This document shows positions 44,485 to 53,712 of a stretch of DNA of 64,000 nucleotides, one piece after another. The notes below the pieces were generated by a model. That model was not told where the DNA came from. It did not search any database and worked only from the letters and a program-made list of their open reading frames with translations. The stretch's first letter is position 1; every line of letters begins with the position of its first letter. Origin of the DNA: Cytophagia bacterium (lineage in GTDB: Bacteria > Bacteroidota > Bacteroidia > Cytophagales > Microscillaceae); assembly GCA_004294005.1 (NCBI GenBank), contig RDZP01000002.1:2272-66271 (forward strand), given 5' to 3'. A program made the translations under genes and the position numbers.

Positions 44485-47007
44485 ATGAATTATTATCGAC
44501 ATTTATCTTTTTTAGTAGTATTTTTATATATTTTTATTGCTCAGTTATTTGCTCAAATTATTCCTGTTCCTCAAAAAGTAACAATAGGTAATTCTTTTTT
44601 TACGCTTAAAAAAGAATTAAAAATTGGTTTTGGTAATGATATTGAAGCCCAATTATTACAATCAGCAGTTGTTATCAATAAATCATTGAAAGATTATAAA
44701 AATATTATTAGTATTATAGAACCTAATCCTAATAATGCAAATATAGTTTTGGCATTGGTAGATAGCAATAAAATAAAAAATTTATTACCTACACATCTTC
44801 AAGATTTTCATAAGGAGACATACAAGATTATCATCAAAGAAAAAGCAATTATTGTAGAAGCAAGTACTCCAAAAGGTGTTTTTTATGGAGGACAAAGCTT
44901 GGCACAACTCATTGCACATGCCAAAGATAACAAAATTCAATGTCAAGAGATTATCGATTATCCTGATTATGCACACAGAGGTATTTCTGATGATATAAGC
45001 AGAGGACAAGTTTCTACTATTAAGAATTTTAAAAAAATAATTGACCAATTAGCACGTTTCAAAATGAATACTTATTTTTTGTATTTGGAAGACATTGTTT
45101 TTTTAGAGAGTTTCTCGAGTATCGGAAAAGATAGAGGTGCATTGAAAAAAGAAGAAATAAAAGAGATAGTTGATTATGCCCAAAAAAATTTCATTCAAGT
45201 TATTCCTATTTTTGAAACTTTTGGACATCAAGAAAATATTTTATCTCAAGGTACTTTTGAAAAAATGGCAGAATTTTCAGGAGCGATGTCTTTGTGTGTA
45301 GAATGTCCTTTTACATATCAGTATTTAGAAAAAACGATTGCAGAGATTGCAAAAATGTTTCCTTCACCTTATTTTCATATTGGTGGAGATGAAAGTTTTG
45401 ATGCAGGTGTTTCAAAAAGCAAAGATTTTACAGATAGCGTTGGTATTGCAGGCTTGCATCTTTATCACTATCAAAAAGTATATGATATTTGTAAAAAAAA
45501 TGGAAAAAAAGTGATGATGTATGGTGATATGTTAGAAAAATTTCCTCAAATTTTATCTAAAATGCCTAAAGATATTATCATTATGGATTGGCAATATTTT
45601 GACCAAGCTGATTATCCTACTACGCAATTATTTTCACAAGTACCACAAAAATATTGGGCTTTACCTACGGTTTTTAATTTTAAAACTATCTTTCCTTTAC
45701 ATCAAATTGCATTTCCTACTACGCTCAAATTAGCAAATATAGGTTTACAACGCAATGCAAAAGGTTTTATTACCTCTAATTGGGGAGATATGGGCAATGA
45801 TTCACCAAAAGAATTGTTGTATTATTTATATGCTTGGACAGCACAATGCGGCTGGACGGCTACCAAATCTCAGGCAGTTTATTTTGATAGGTATTATTTT
45901 TCTTTGTTTTTTGATGAGGAAAATCCACAAGAAATTACACAAATTTATCAACAACTTATCAAACCTGAAATGCAGATAAATTGGGTAGAGTTTTGGCGAC
46001 ATCCTGCAATGCCTTTTAGAAAAGCAAGTTTTTGGCAAGGAAATATCAACACGACTACACGCAATAAAATGATTGAAAAAGATTTGATTGAGATGGAAAA
46101 AAAAATAAAAATACTCAAAAAAAGACTTGTCAATCCAAAAGATACAGTCAATATTAGTTTTAAACAAGGCAACGAAACTTTGGAAGTGTGGGAATGGGTA
46201 ATTAAAATGAAAAAATATTACCTATTAAAAGTAAAAGCACAAGTTATTTTACAGTTATTTCAACAAAAAAAAGCATCTAATAATGAAATATTATCTAAAA
46301 TTGATGAAAATTTGACAGAATTAGCTATTTTAGAAAAAGAAACTGAAAAAATTTGGAAAACCTATTATAAACCTGAAGGTTTAGAGTATTTAGTAGGGAA
46401 ATTTCAAAAAATGAAAAACTATTTTACAGAAATTAAACAACAAATCACAGAAAAAAAAGAAATAGAATCAACTATTAAATCTAAATGGATTTATCTTAAA
46501 AAAGATAATACCAATTATCACGAAAAAGTAACTTTCAAAAAAAGTTTTGTTATCGAGGAAAGACCTTCAGAAGTACTTTTACATTTGGCGGCTGATACGT
46601 ATGCAGAAGTTTATTTGAATGGTGAAAAAATTGATGTAGTTTTTGTTAGAAATATTTTCTCGATTCAAATTGAAAGTGAATTAACAAAGATTATTGATTT
46701 AAAACCTTTTATTCAATTGGGAACAAATACTTTGGAAATCAAAACCGTTAATTATAATCAAGGATTAAAAAGAAATCAATATTGGACAACTATTTTAGGA
46801 AGTTTAGGAGCAGGAATCAATGCCGCTATTTTTATTAAAAATTTTGAAGATGAGCAGTTGATTTATAGTGATACTACTTGGGAAGGTATTTGGGACGATG
46901 AGAATATCAAAAATAAATTTTTTAAGAAAGTTGTAGAAAAAAAATATCACTATGATTTGATTTATCCTAATTTTAAAACAAGAAGACAAGGTTTTTTTGA
47001 AAGATAA
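44485..47007 (+). CDS. glycoside hydrolase family 20-like (beta-N-acetylhexosaminidase-type) protein with long C-terminal extension
   Basis: Signal peptide from ATG 44485 (MNYYRHLSFLVVFLYIFIAQLFAQ). It has an RGISDDISRG block, the catalytic-region motif YFHIGGDE, and WGDMGN. The C-terminal ~350 aa are unassigned. Confidence 0.65.
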   Translation: MNYYRHLSFLVVFLYIFIAQLFAQIIPVPQKVTIGNSFFTLKKELKIGFGNDIEAQLLQSAVVINKSLKDYKNIISIIEPNPNNANIVLALVDSNKIKNLLPTHLQDFHKETYKIIIKEKAIIVEASTPKGVFYGGQSLAQLIAHAKDNKIQCQEIIDYPDYAHRGISDDISRGQVSTIKNFKKIIDQLARFKMNTYFLYLEDIVFLESFSSIGKDRGALKKEEIKEIVDYAQKNFIQVIPIFETFGHQENILSQGTFEKMAEFSGAMSLCVECPFTYQYLEKTIAEIAKMFPSPYFHIGGDESFDAGVSKSKDFTDSVGIAGLHLYHYQKVYDICKKNGKKVMMYGDMLEKFPQILSKMPKDIIIMDWQYFDQADYPTTQLFSQVPQKYWALPTVFNFKTIFPLHQIAFPTTLKLANIGLQRNAKGFITSNWGDMGNDSPKELLYYLYAWTAQCGWTATKSQAVYFDRYYFSLFFDEENPQEITQIYQQLIKPEMQINWVEFWRHPAMPFRKASFWQGNINTTTRNKMIEKDLIEMEKKIKILKKRLVNPKDTVNISFKQGNETLEVWEWVIKMKKYYLLKVKAQVILQLFQQKKASNNEILSKIDENLTELAILEKETEKIWKTYYKPEGLEYLVGKFQKMKNYFTEIKQQITEKKEIESTIKSKWIYLKKDNTNYHEKVTFKKSFVIEERPSEVLLHLAADTYAEVYLNGEKIDVVFVRNIFSIQIESELTKIIDLKPFIQLGTNTLEIKTVNYNQGLKRNQYWTTILGSLGAGINAAIFIKNFEDEQLIYSDTTWEGIWDDENIKNKFFKKVVEKKYHYDLIYPNFKTRRQGFFER

Positions 47008-47017
47008 CCTACCAATA

Positions 47018-48910
47018 TTAAACAGGAAATAATCTAATCCCGACAATTAAAATATCATCAATTTGTCGGGTATTTTTTGTCCATTCATTGATATTCTTTC
47101 GCAACAATGTTCTTTGTTCTTCCAATGGTTTTTCGTGAATTTCTAATAATAAATTTTTAAGTCTTCTTGTTGTAAAACGACTATTTCTTTCACCACCAAA
47201 TTGGTCTTGATAACCATCAGAAAACATATAAAGCATCGTTGGAGTATTGATTTCTATTTCGTGCTTTCTAAAAAAATCTTCTTTTACAAAATAATCAACG
47301 CCACCAATTGCTAAAGACGAGCCTTTTATTTCTTTTAATTCCCCGTTTTGAATATAATACAAAGGATTGTTTGCTCCTGCAAATTCTATTTTAGGACTTC
47401 CTAACATTTCTTTGTATTCAGCAGGAAATTGGTCAATTGTCAATACAGTAGCGTCCATTCCATCATGGTTGCTTGTTTCTTCTTGTCTAAGTGCTTTTTT
47501 GATGCCCGCCCTTAGTTCATTCAAAATTTCTTCAGGTGAAATAATATTTCTAAAATTGACAATTTCATTCAATAATAATGTACCAATAAAGCTCATAAAT
47601 GCACCTGGTATTCCATGCCCTGTACAATCAGCGACTACCAATATAGTTTTATAATTACGATGCGAAATCCAATAAAAATCACCTGAAACAATATCTTTTG
47701 GAACATATAAAACAAAATTATTTGGTAAATATTTTTTCAAAATATCTTCGTGAGGCAAAATTGCATTTTGTATTCTTTGAGCATAATTCAAACTATCCAA
47801 TACATCTTCGTGTATATTTTCTAATTCTATTTGTGCTTGTTTGAGCAATGTTACGTCCATTGCAGTTCCTTGTATGCCTATTTTTTTTCCTTCTGTATCT
47901 CTTTTGTTTTGAATTTTAATTGTTAAATATTTTGTTTCATTATTCGATCTTATAATTCTTTTGGTAAACTCAATCATTTCTTCTGTTTTGAGTTTTTCCC
48001 AAATTTGTAATGCTTTTTCTCTGTCTTGTGGATGAATATAATCAAAATACTCTTCCGCATAAGGTGGAATTGTACTAACATCTACACCAAATATTTGATA
48101 CATTGTATCTGACCAAATAGATGTTTGGTTTATAAAATCCATTTCAAAATAGCCTAATCCTGCAAATTTTTGTATTTCTCCTAATAATATTTCTTGTTCT
48201 TTTGATTTTTGTTCTCTAACATATAAATTTTCATTCAAAATTTCTAACTCTTCCATATTTTGCCTCAATTCCTTTTCTATCATAGAAATTTCATTGACTT
48301 GCTCTGATAGTTGATTATTAATATCTGTAACTTCAATGCTCATTGTTCTCAACTTTATCCACATAGGTTTGAAAGTAGTGAGCCATTGTGCTATCAAAAC
48401 AATAAAAAATAAAATTGTAATAAAAATTTCAGTATTGACTAAAAAATTTTTATCATTGTCTTTTTTTTGATTAAATAGATTTCTGATAATATTCAATTCA
48501 TCTAAAAATTGTATTTCTACTTTAGATAAAAGTTGAATTTCCTCAAAAGAACTTATTTTTTTTGAAGTGATAATAAATTCATTAAAAGTATTTTCAAATT
48601 TAGTTTCATTGTAATTTTTAATGTATTCCTTTATTTTTTTTTTGATATAAAGATGGTTTTCTTTTATTTTTATGTATGAATTTTCTTTTTCTAATTTATC
48701 AAATAAATTAATTTTTTGGGCGAGTAAGGTTTGTTGTGCAATTTTTTCTGTAATTAATTTATCCTCATCAATCCAAGATAATTCATAAAATAATAATGCT
48801 TGATTGGATAACAACAAAACAAATAAACTTAGCCAAGCCAACACATAAAGGTTACGTGTATAGTGTAAAAAATGCAAAAAGTGAGTTGATTGGTTATTAT
48901 TATTTGACAC
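47018..48910 (-). CDS. SpoIIE/PP2C-family sensor phosphatase (2-TM extracytoplasmic sensor, coiled coil, PAS, PP2C)
   Basis: GTG start. Two TM helices flank a ~130-aa loop. A PAS-like segment follows (GYFEMDFINQTSIWSDTMYQIFG...YIHPQDRE...). The PP2C blocks are YAQRIQNAILP, DIVSGDFYW and VADCTGHGIPGAFMS. Confidence 0.85.
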   Translation of the reverse strand: MSNNNNQSTHFLHFLHYTRNLYVLAWLSLFVLLLSNQALLFYELSWIDEDKLITEKIAQQTLLAQKINLFDKLEKENSYIKIKENHLYIKKKIKEYIKNYNETKFENTFNEFIITSKKISSFEEIQLLSKVEIQFLDELNIIRNLFNQKKDNDKNFLVNTEIFITILFFIVLIAQWLTTFKPMWIKLRTMSIEVTDINNQLSEQVNEISMIEKELRQNMEELEILNENLYVREQKSKEQEILLGEIQKFAGLGYFEMDFINQTSIWSDTMYQIFGVDVSTIPPYAEEYFDYIHPQDREKALQIWEKLKTEEMIEFTKRIIRSNNETKYLTIKIQNKRDTEGKKIGIQGTAMDVTLLKQAQIELENIHEDVLDSLNYAQRIQNAILPHEDILKKYLPNNFVLYVPKDIVSGDFYWISHRNYKTILVVADCTGHGIPGAFMSFIGTLLLNEIVNFRNIISPEEILNELRAGIKKALRQEETSNHDGMDATVLTIDQFPAEYKEMLGSPKIEFAGANNPLYYIQNGELKEIKGSSLAIGGVDYFVKEDFFRKHEIEINTPTMLYMFSDGYQDQFGGERNSRFTTRRLKNLLLEIHEKPLEEQRTLLRKNINEWTKNTRQIDDILIVGIRLFPV

Positions 48911-49125
48911 AGATTTCTATTGTTCTAATTGTTATTTGTGTAATAGATTTTATTTAAAATTATTATTTTCAAAATTATTATTTGTTACTCAATAACCAAA
49001 AAAGTAATAGAGGGTTTGAATAAAAAAGAGTTTTTAGTTTATTGTTTTCAATTAAATCATTTCAAAAAACAAACCAAAAGCTCTTTTTATTTTGAGTAGA
49101 TAGAATATTTTATAAGAATTAACAA

Positions 49126-49353
49126 TTAGAAATCGTCTTCTTCATCAATATCCTCATCAATATCTTCATCAAATTCTTCAAAACCTTGCTCATATCCTCG
49201 CTCATCTTCAAATTCTTTTAAAAGTTCAGCTTGTTTGATAGGGTCGTCAATTTCTTCTACATCATCAAGGTCATCAAAATCATCGAGAGGATCATAATCA
49301 TCATCATCATCATCATCATCGTCAAAGTCATCAAAATCATCATCCCAAGCCAT
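49126..49353 (-). CDS. hyper-acidic small protein (75 aa, 44 Asp/Glu)
   Basis: From ATG 49353: MAWDDDFDDFDDDDDDDDDYDPLDDFDDLDDVEEIDDPIKQAELLKEFEDERGYEQGFEEFDEDIDEDIDEEDDF. The upstream part of the track ORF (to 49455) is AT-rich read-through. Coding status is inferred only from the open frame and codon regularity. Confidence 0.5.
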   Translation of the reverse strand: MAWDDDFDDFDDDDDDDDDYDPLDDFDDLDDVEEIDDPIKQAELLKEFEDERGYEQGFEEFDEDIDEDIDEEDDF

Positions 49354-49618
49354 ATCAAAGATTTCTTGTTGTAACGGAAATAAATTAAAATTTTGATTAT
49401 TGTAAAAAAGTACAAAACTTGTGTTCATATAAATTTTAGGGTTTTTAGTTTGCAAAGATACACAAAATAATTCTTTGTATCAAACTTTTGAAAAAAATCG
49501 TGCAAATATCTTAATTTTTTGAAAAAAAGAAAAATAAATAATAATTTTTTTTTATCTTTTTTTTATTCTATTAATGTCTTTCCAATCTTAAAAAAATTGT
49601 AAAATCAAAAAAAAGATT

Positions 49619-49626
49619 TATATTTG
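49619..49626 (+). promoter_or_regulatory. candidate -7 promoter box (TATATTTG)
   Basis: TATATTTGCAAC fits TAnnTTTG. It lies 34 nt upstream of the ATG at 49660. Confidence 0.45.
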
Positions 49627-49659
49627 CAACAAAAAATTATATTTTTATCAATCTTTATT

Positions 49660-50469
49660 ATGAAATTAAACTACTTAGTTCTTATTTTGTTTGTTTGCCC
49701 AATTTGCATATTTTCACAAAATTCAACCGAATTTTTAAAAAAAGCCAACGAAAGTTTAGAAAAAAATAAATTTTCAACTGCCATTGCACTTTTAGATAGT
49801 GCTATCAAAAAAGATGAAAACAACCATAAAGCATATCATGCAAGAGCAAAAGCAAAATTAAATCTAAGATTTTATAGTGGTGCCACTGCTGATATTAGTA
49901 GAGCAATAGAACTTGATAACAAAAATATTGAATATTATAATGCAAGTGCAGTCATCAAAATTTTAACAGGCTTCAAAACTGAAGCAATAGAAGAATATAC
50001 AAAAATTATAGACATCAAACCTGACGATATTGATGCCATAAAAGCACGAGGACAACTTTATGCACAAATCAAAATGTATAAAAAGGCATATTCAGACTAT
50101 AACAAAGCCATCGAAAAAAACCCAAAAGATGAGGCACTTTTATTAGCAAGAAGTGCTGTCAATTTTTCTATCAAAAATTATCAAGGTGCTATTAATGATT
50201 GTACTACAATTATAAGTATCAATCCAAAAAACCAAGACGCAATTATCAATAGAGGAATGTACTATTATGCAGTCAAAAAATACCAAGAATGTATTATAGA
50301 TTTTGATAATTTATTGATAATAAATCCAAAAGAAGGTGATGCTTATATTTATCGCGGTTTGGCACACAAAGAACTTAAAGCCATTGACAAGGCTTGTGCT
50401 GATTGGAAAAAAGCTACAGAATTAGGTTATGATACAAAAAAATGGCAAGAGGAAAATAAATGTAAATAA
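49660..50469 (+). CDS. secreted tetratricopeptide repeat protein
   Basis: Signal peptide from ATG 49660 (MKLNYLVLILFVCPICIFSQ). It has about 6 TPR units (A...L..AI..D..N..AY..RA.A). The C-terminus has CADWKKATELGY. Confidence 0.8.
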   Translation: MKLNYLVLILFVCPICIFSQNSTEFLKKANESLEKNKFSTAIALLDSAIKKDENNHKAYHARAKAKLNLRFYSGATADISRAIELDNKNIEYYNASAVIKILTGFKTEAIEEYTKIIDIKPDDIDAIKARGQLYAQIKMYKKAYSDYNKAIEKNPKDEALLLARSAVNFSIKNYQGAINDCTTIISINPKNQDAIINRGMYYYAVKKYQECIIDFDNLLIINPKEGDAYIYRGLAHKELKAIDKACADWKKATELGYDTKKWQEENKCK

Positions 50470-50530
50470 TTTTTTTTCAAAATAATTATTTTTTGATATT
50501 TTTATGTAATTTTGTAAAAAAATAATAATT

Positions 50531-51664
50531 ATGGAAACATTCATAAGTATAGGTATTTTTTATGGTTTTTATCACTTTTTTTTGGTCAAAGATAAATCCT
50601 TTGAACGTAATCGTTTTTTTCTTTTAGGAAGTATATTGTTTTCAATTTTGTTGCCTACTTGGGAATTTTCGGCTTGGCAATCTCCTTTGTCTTTACAATA
50701 TTTACCCAATTTAATTATTAATCAAAAAAATACAGCAATCATAAATGATATTTATTTCTCTTGGGAAACTATATTTTTTTATTTGTATTGGTTAATTACA
50801 TCAATTTTGTTAGGTAGATTTATTTTTCATTTGTATTTGATTTTTCAAAAAATTGCGCGTTTACCACAAATTCATAAAAGAGGGTATATTTTGATTAATA
50901 CAGAAGGAAATTGGGAAACTTTTTCTTTTTTTAATTATATATTTTGGAATAATAAACAAAATTTGACAGAAGAAGAACAAGATTTGGTATTGTATCACGA
51001 ACAAAGACATATTTGGGATAAACATACAATTGATGTTTTATTGATAGAGATAATTAAAATATTTTTTTGGTTCAATCCTTTTGTGTATCTTTATGCAAAA
51101 GCACTGCGTTTGCAACACGAATACATCGCAGATATAGGCGTTTTGAAAGAAACAACACCACAAAATTACGGAAGATTATTACTTAAAAATATTTCTCAAA
51201 AATTACAAATTCCTTTTGCGCATTCTTTCAATCAATCTGATGTCAAAAAAAGATTATTGATGATGAAAGAGAATACTTTTCAATTGTATTTTTGGCAAAA
51301 ATTGGTAGCAAGTTTTTTATTAATGATAAGTATTTGTTGGTTATTAGCAGGAAAAACACCTGTTATCAATGATGAAAACAATCGTTTTGTGAGTGTTGAA
51401 GGTGGTTTAGATAAATTTTACATAGAATTTAAAAAAGTTTTTCAAACTCCCTCTCATCAATTACAAGGAAAAATTTTTGTGCAATTTATCATTAATATAG
51501 ACGGCACAGCCTCTGATTATACAATTACAAGAACTATTAATCTCAATCAAGAGTATGAAAAAGAAGTGTTAAAAGCAATGAAAAAAGTAAATGTAAAATG
51601 GATTCCTGCCAAAGTAAATGGAAAAATTGTAAAGCAACAAATGTCATTGCCTATTATTTTTTAA
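50531..51664 (+). CDS. M56 (BlaR1-like) membrane metalloprotease fused to a TonB-C-like domain
   Basis: An N-terminal multi-TM region with the zinc motif HEQRHIWDKH, and a later EYIAD. The C-terminal ~90 aa (GKIFVQFIINIDGTASDYTITR...WIPAKVNGKIVKQQMSLPIIF) resemble the TonB C-terminal fold. Confidence 0.7.
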   Translation: METFISIGIFYGFYHFFLVKDKSFERNRFFLLGSILFSILLPTWEFSAWQSPLSLQYLPNLIINQKNTAIINDIYFSWETIFFYLYWLITSILLGRFIFHLYLIFQKIARLPQIHKRGYILINTEGNWETFSFFNYIFWNNKQNLTEEEQDLVLYHEQRHIWDKHTIDVLLIEIIKIFFWFNPFVYLYAKALRLQHEYIADIGVLKETTPQNYGRLLLKNISQKLQIPFAHSFNQSDVKKRLLMMKENTFQLYFWQKLVASFLLMISICWLLAGKTPVINDENNRFVSVEGGLDKFYIEFKKVFQTPSHQLQGKIFVQFIINIDGTASDYTITRTINLNQEYEKEVLKAMKKVNVKWIPAKVNGKIVKQQMSLPIIF

Positions 51665-51670
51665 TAATGT

Positions 51671-52360
51671 TTATTCATTTATTTTTTTTCCTACAAATTC
51701 TTTCAAATAAAAAGGTTCAAAATAAGCAACATCTTCAAAAAGTTGAGCATTGAATTTTTTGAAGGCTAATTCTCCCATGTTTTTAGCATGTGGCGTTAAA
51801 TAATTGATAGATGGAAAGAATGCGTTTTGATGAATAGAAAGAATTTTTTTGCATTTTTCTGCTCCATCACCTACAAAAAAAACTTTGTGTTTGTCTAATA
51901 TTTCTTTGAAAGAATCTTTGGTAATAATTTCGGCACAAATATTGAGTTTTGGTATCAAATTAATATCATAAATAGCACAATAAACCTCCATTCTACGCGC
52001 ATCAAGCATAGGACAAATCAAAATAGAATCATCTATTATAAAATTTTTGACCTCAAAAGCAATCGTTTCTAAGGTTGAAACTGCAATGAAAGGTTTTTTA
52101 AGTGAAAAACATAATCCTTTCACAGTTGAAACACCAATTCTTAAACCTGTATATGAACCTGGTCCTTTACTGATAGCAAACGCTTCTATTTCTTCCAACG
52201 CTATTTGAGTATTTTCTAAAATTTGTTGCGCTAAAATTGTCAATTTTTCAGAGTGAGAATGAGAAGTGTGTATTTCATTGGCACTAATCAACTGACCATT
52301 TTGATGCAAAGCAACTGAACAGGCTTGTGTAGAAGTTTCAAAGCTTAGAATATATGCCAT
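51671..52360 (-). CDS. tsaB: tRNA t6A37 biosynthesis protein TsaB
   Basis: The N-terminus ILSFETSTQACSVAL and the GPGSYTGLRIG motif. 229 aa. Confidence 0.8.
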   Translation of the reverse strand: MAYILSFETSTQACSVALHQNGQLISANEIHTSHSHSEKLTILAQQILENTQIALEEIEAFAISKGPGSYTGLRIGVSTVKGLCFSLKKPFIAVSTLETIAFEVKNFIIDDSILICPMLDARRMEVYCAIYDINLIPKLNICAEIITKDSFKEILDKHKVFFVGDGAEKCKKILSIHQNAFFPSINYLTPHAKNMGELAFKKFNAQLFEDVAYFEPFYLKEFVGKKINE

Positions 52361-52363
52361 TTT

Positions 52364-52912
52364 TTATGAGAGTAAAAATAAAAAAATCAGTGGAAAAATA
52401 ATACCAACCAACGCTAATTTCCAACCTCTTTGTCCAAAACTATATTTTCCTTTGCTAATCAACATACCCGTCAATGCAATTACAATCATTGCCAATCCAA
52501 AAATATCCGAATAATAAATCCAATATTGACTTGTGTCTTGGTGTAATTGTGTCATTTGCCCTAAAAGAGGCGTTTTGATATAACTTTCTTTTTTTCCTTT
52601 TCCTGTATTGACATTGACTTCAATTCTATCGTCTTGATAAGTGATTTTTAGTTCTTCCTTTTCAATTCTAAAACCTTTCAATTTATCCTCAAGGTTGAAT
52701 TGTTTTGAAATTGTTTTGATAAATTTATCATCAATTTTTTTTATATCTTTTGGCAATTCGAGATTGACTTGTTCACTTTTATAAGTATAACGAGCAGGGT
52801 GCCAATATTTTCTATGATTGAGAAAAATACCTGAAAGTGAGAAAGAAATAATCAAACCTACATAAAAATAGGCTATATCTCTGTGTAAATTACGCGGTTC
52901 GAAAGATGACAT
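52364..52912 (-). CDS. PepSY-associated TM helix-type membrane protein
   Basis: 182 aa. It has an N-terminal TM helix (HRDIAYFYVGLIISFSLSGIFLNH), a soluble middle, and two C-terminal TM helices. The stop lies 3 nt before the tsaB start. The family call is tentative. Confidence 0.4.
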   Translation of the reverse strand: MSSFEPRNLHRDIAYFYVGLIISFSLSGIFLNHRKYWHPARYTYKSEQVNLELPKDIKKIDDKFIKTISKQFNLEDKLKGFRIEKEELKITYQDDRIEVNVNTGKGKKESYIKTPLLGQMTQLHQDTSQYWIYYSDIFGLAMIVIALTGMLISKGKYSFGQRGWKLALVGIIFPLIFLFLLS

Positions 52913-53004
52913 AAAACAATAAAATAAATAAATGGAGATTTTTTTAAGGAAAAACTTTTGGAAAAACGATTATGTATTTTCCAAAAGTTATAAAAAGAGT
53001 TGAA

Positions 53005-53631
53005 TTAAAAAATAAAACCTAATGTAGCACCAAATCTTAAAATTGGTCCTGTTTGTTTTACAAAAGGAAACAAGGCATTTGTACCAATATTTGAGTTTTC
53101 TCTAATATTACCGTGTTCGGCTTTATTACTATTCATACTTGCTAATCCAAAGCCAGGACCAGCATATACTTCTGCTGTGATAATATCTTTAAAAATCCAT
53201 TGATAACCTACGATTCCGCCAATACCAAACATAGTAGATTTTGCTGTTCCTCTGCGATTGTCAAGCGCTAACGTAGGTAAAGCACCTTCATTAATGCTAT
53301 AATTATAAGTCAAACCTTGTAATGTTAGGAAAGGAGCCAAGAAAAAACCAGTAGGTGCAGTTTTGGTTTCTGTCAAATAAAAACGACATTCGGGAGTAAT
53401 TCCCCAGCCTCCTGTTGGTCCATAAATACTTGGGTCTGATGACCTTCCAAAATAAAAGAAGCTGATTTGAGCAGTCATTTTATCCGTAAAAACTCTTTCG
53501 TAAGATACATTAAAGCTACTATATCCAAAGGCAATAGGATTTAACTTTACAATATTTTTTTTGTCAGTATCTTGTGCTTGTATAAAATTAATACACATTA
53601 CACAAAACAATAAAGCAACGATTTTTTTCAT
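53005..53631 (-). CDS. small outer-membrane beta-barrel protein (DUF3575-like)
   Basis: Signal peptide (CINFIQAQ). It has alternating beta-strand patterns and the C-terminus RFGATLGFIF (terminal Phe). Confidence 0.5.
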   Translation of the reverse strand: MKKIVALLFCVMCINFIQAQDTDKKNIVKLNPIAFGYSSFNVSYERVFTDKMTAQISFFYFGRSSDPSIYGPTGGWGITPECRFYLTETKTAPTGFFLAPFLTLQGLTYNYSINEGALPTLALDNRRGTAKSTMFGIGGIVGYQWIFKDIITAEVYAGPGFGLASMNSNKAEHGNIRENSNIGTNALFPFVKQTGPILRFGATLGFIF

Positions 53632-53712
53632 AGTTTAAAATTGATTTTATTTTTTATATTATTATAAATATTTGAAATACAAAGTACGGAATTATTTATC
53701 AAAAAAACAAAT

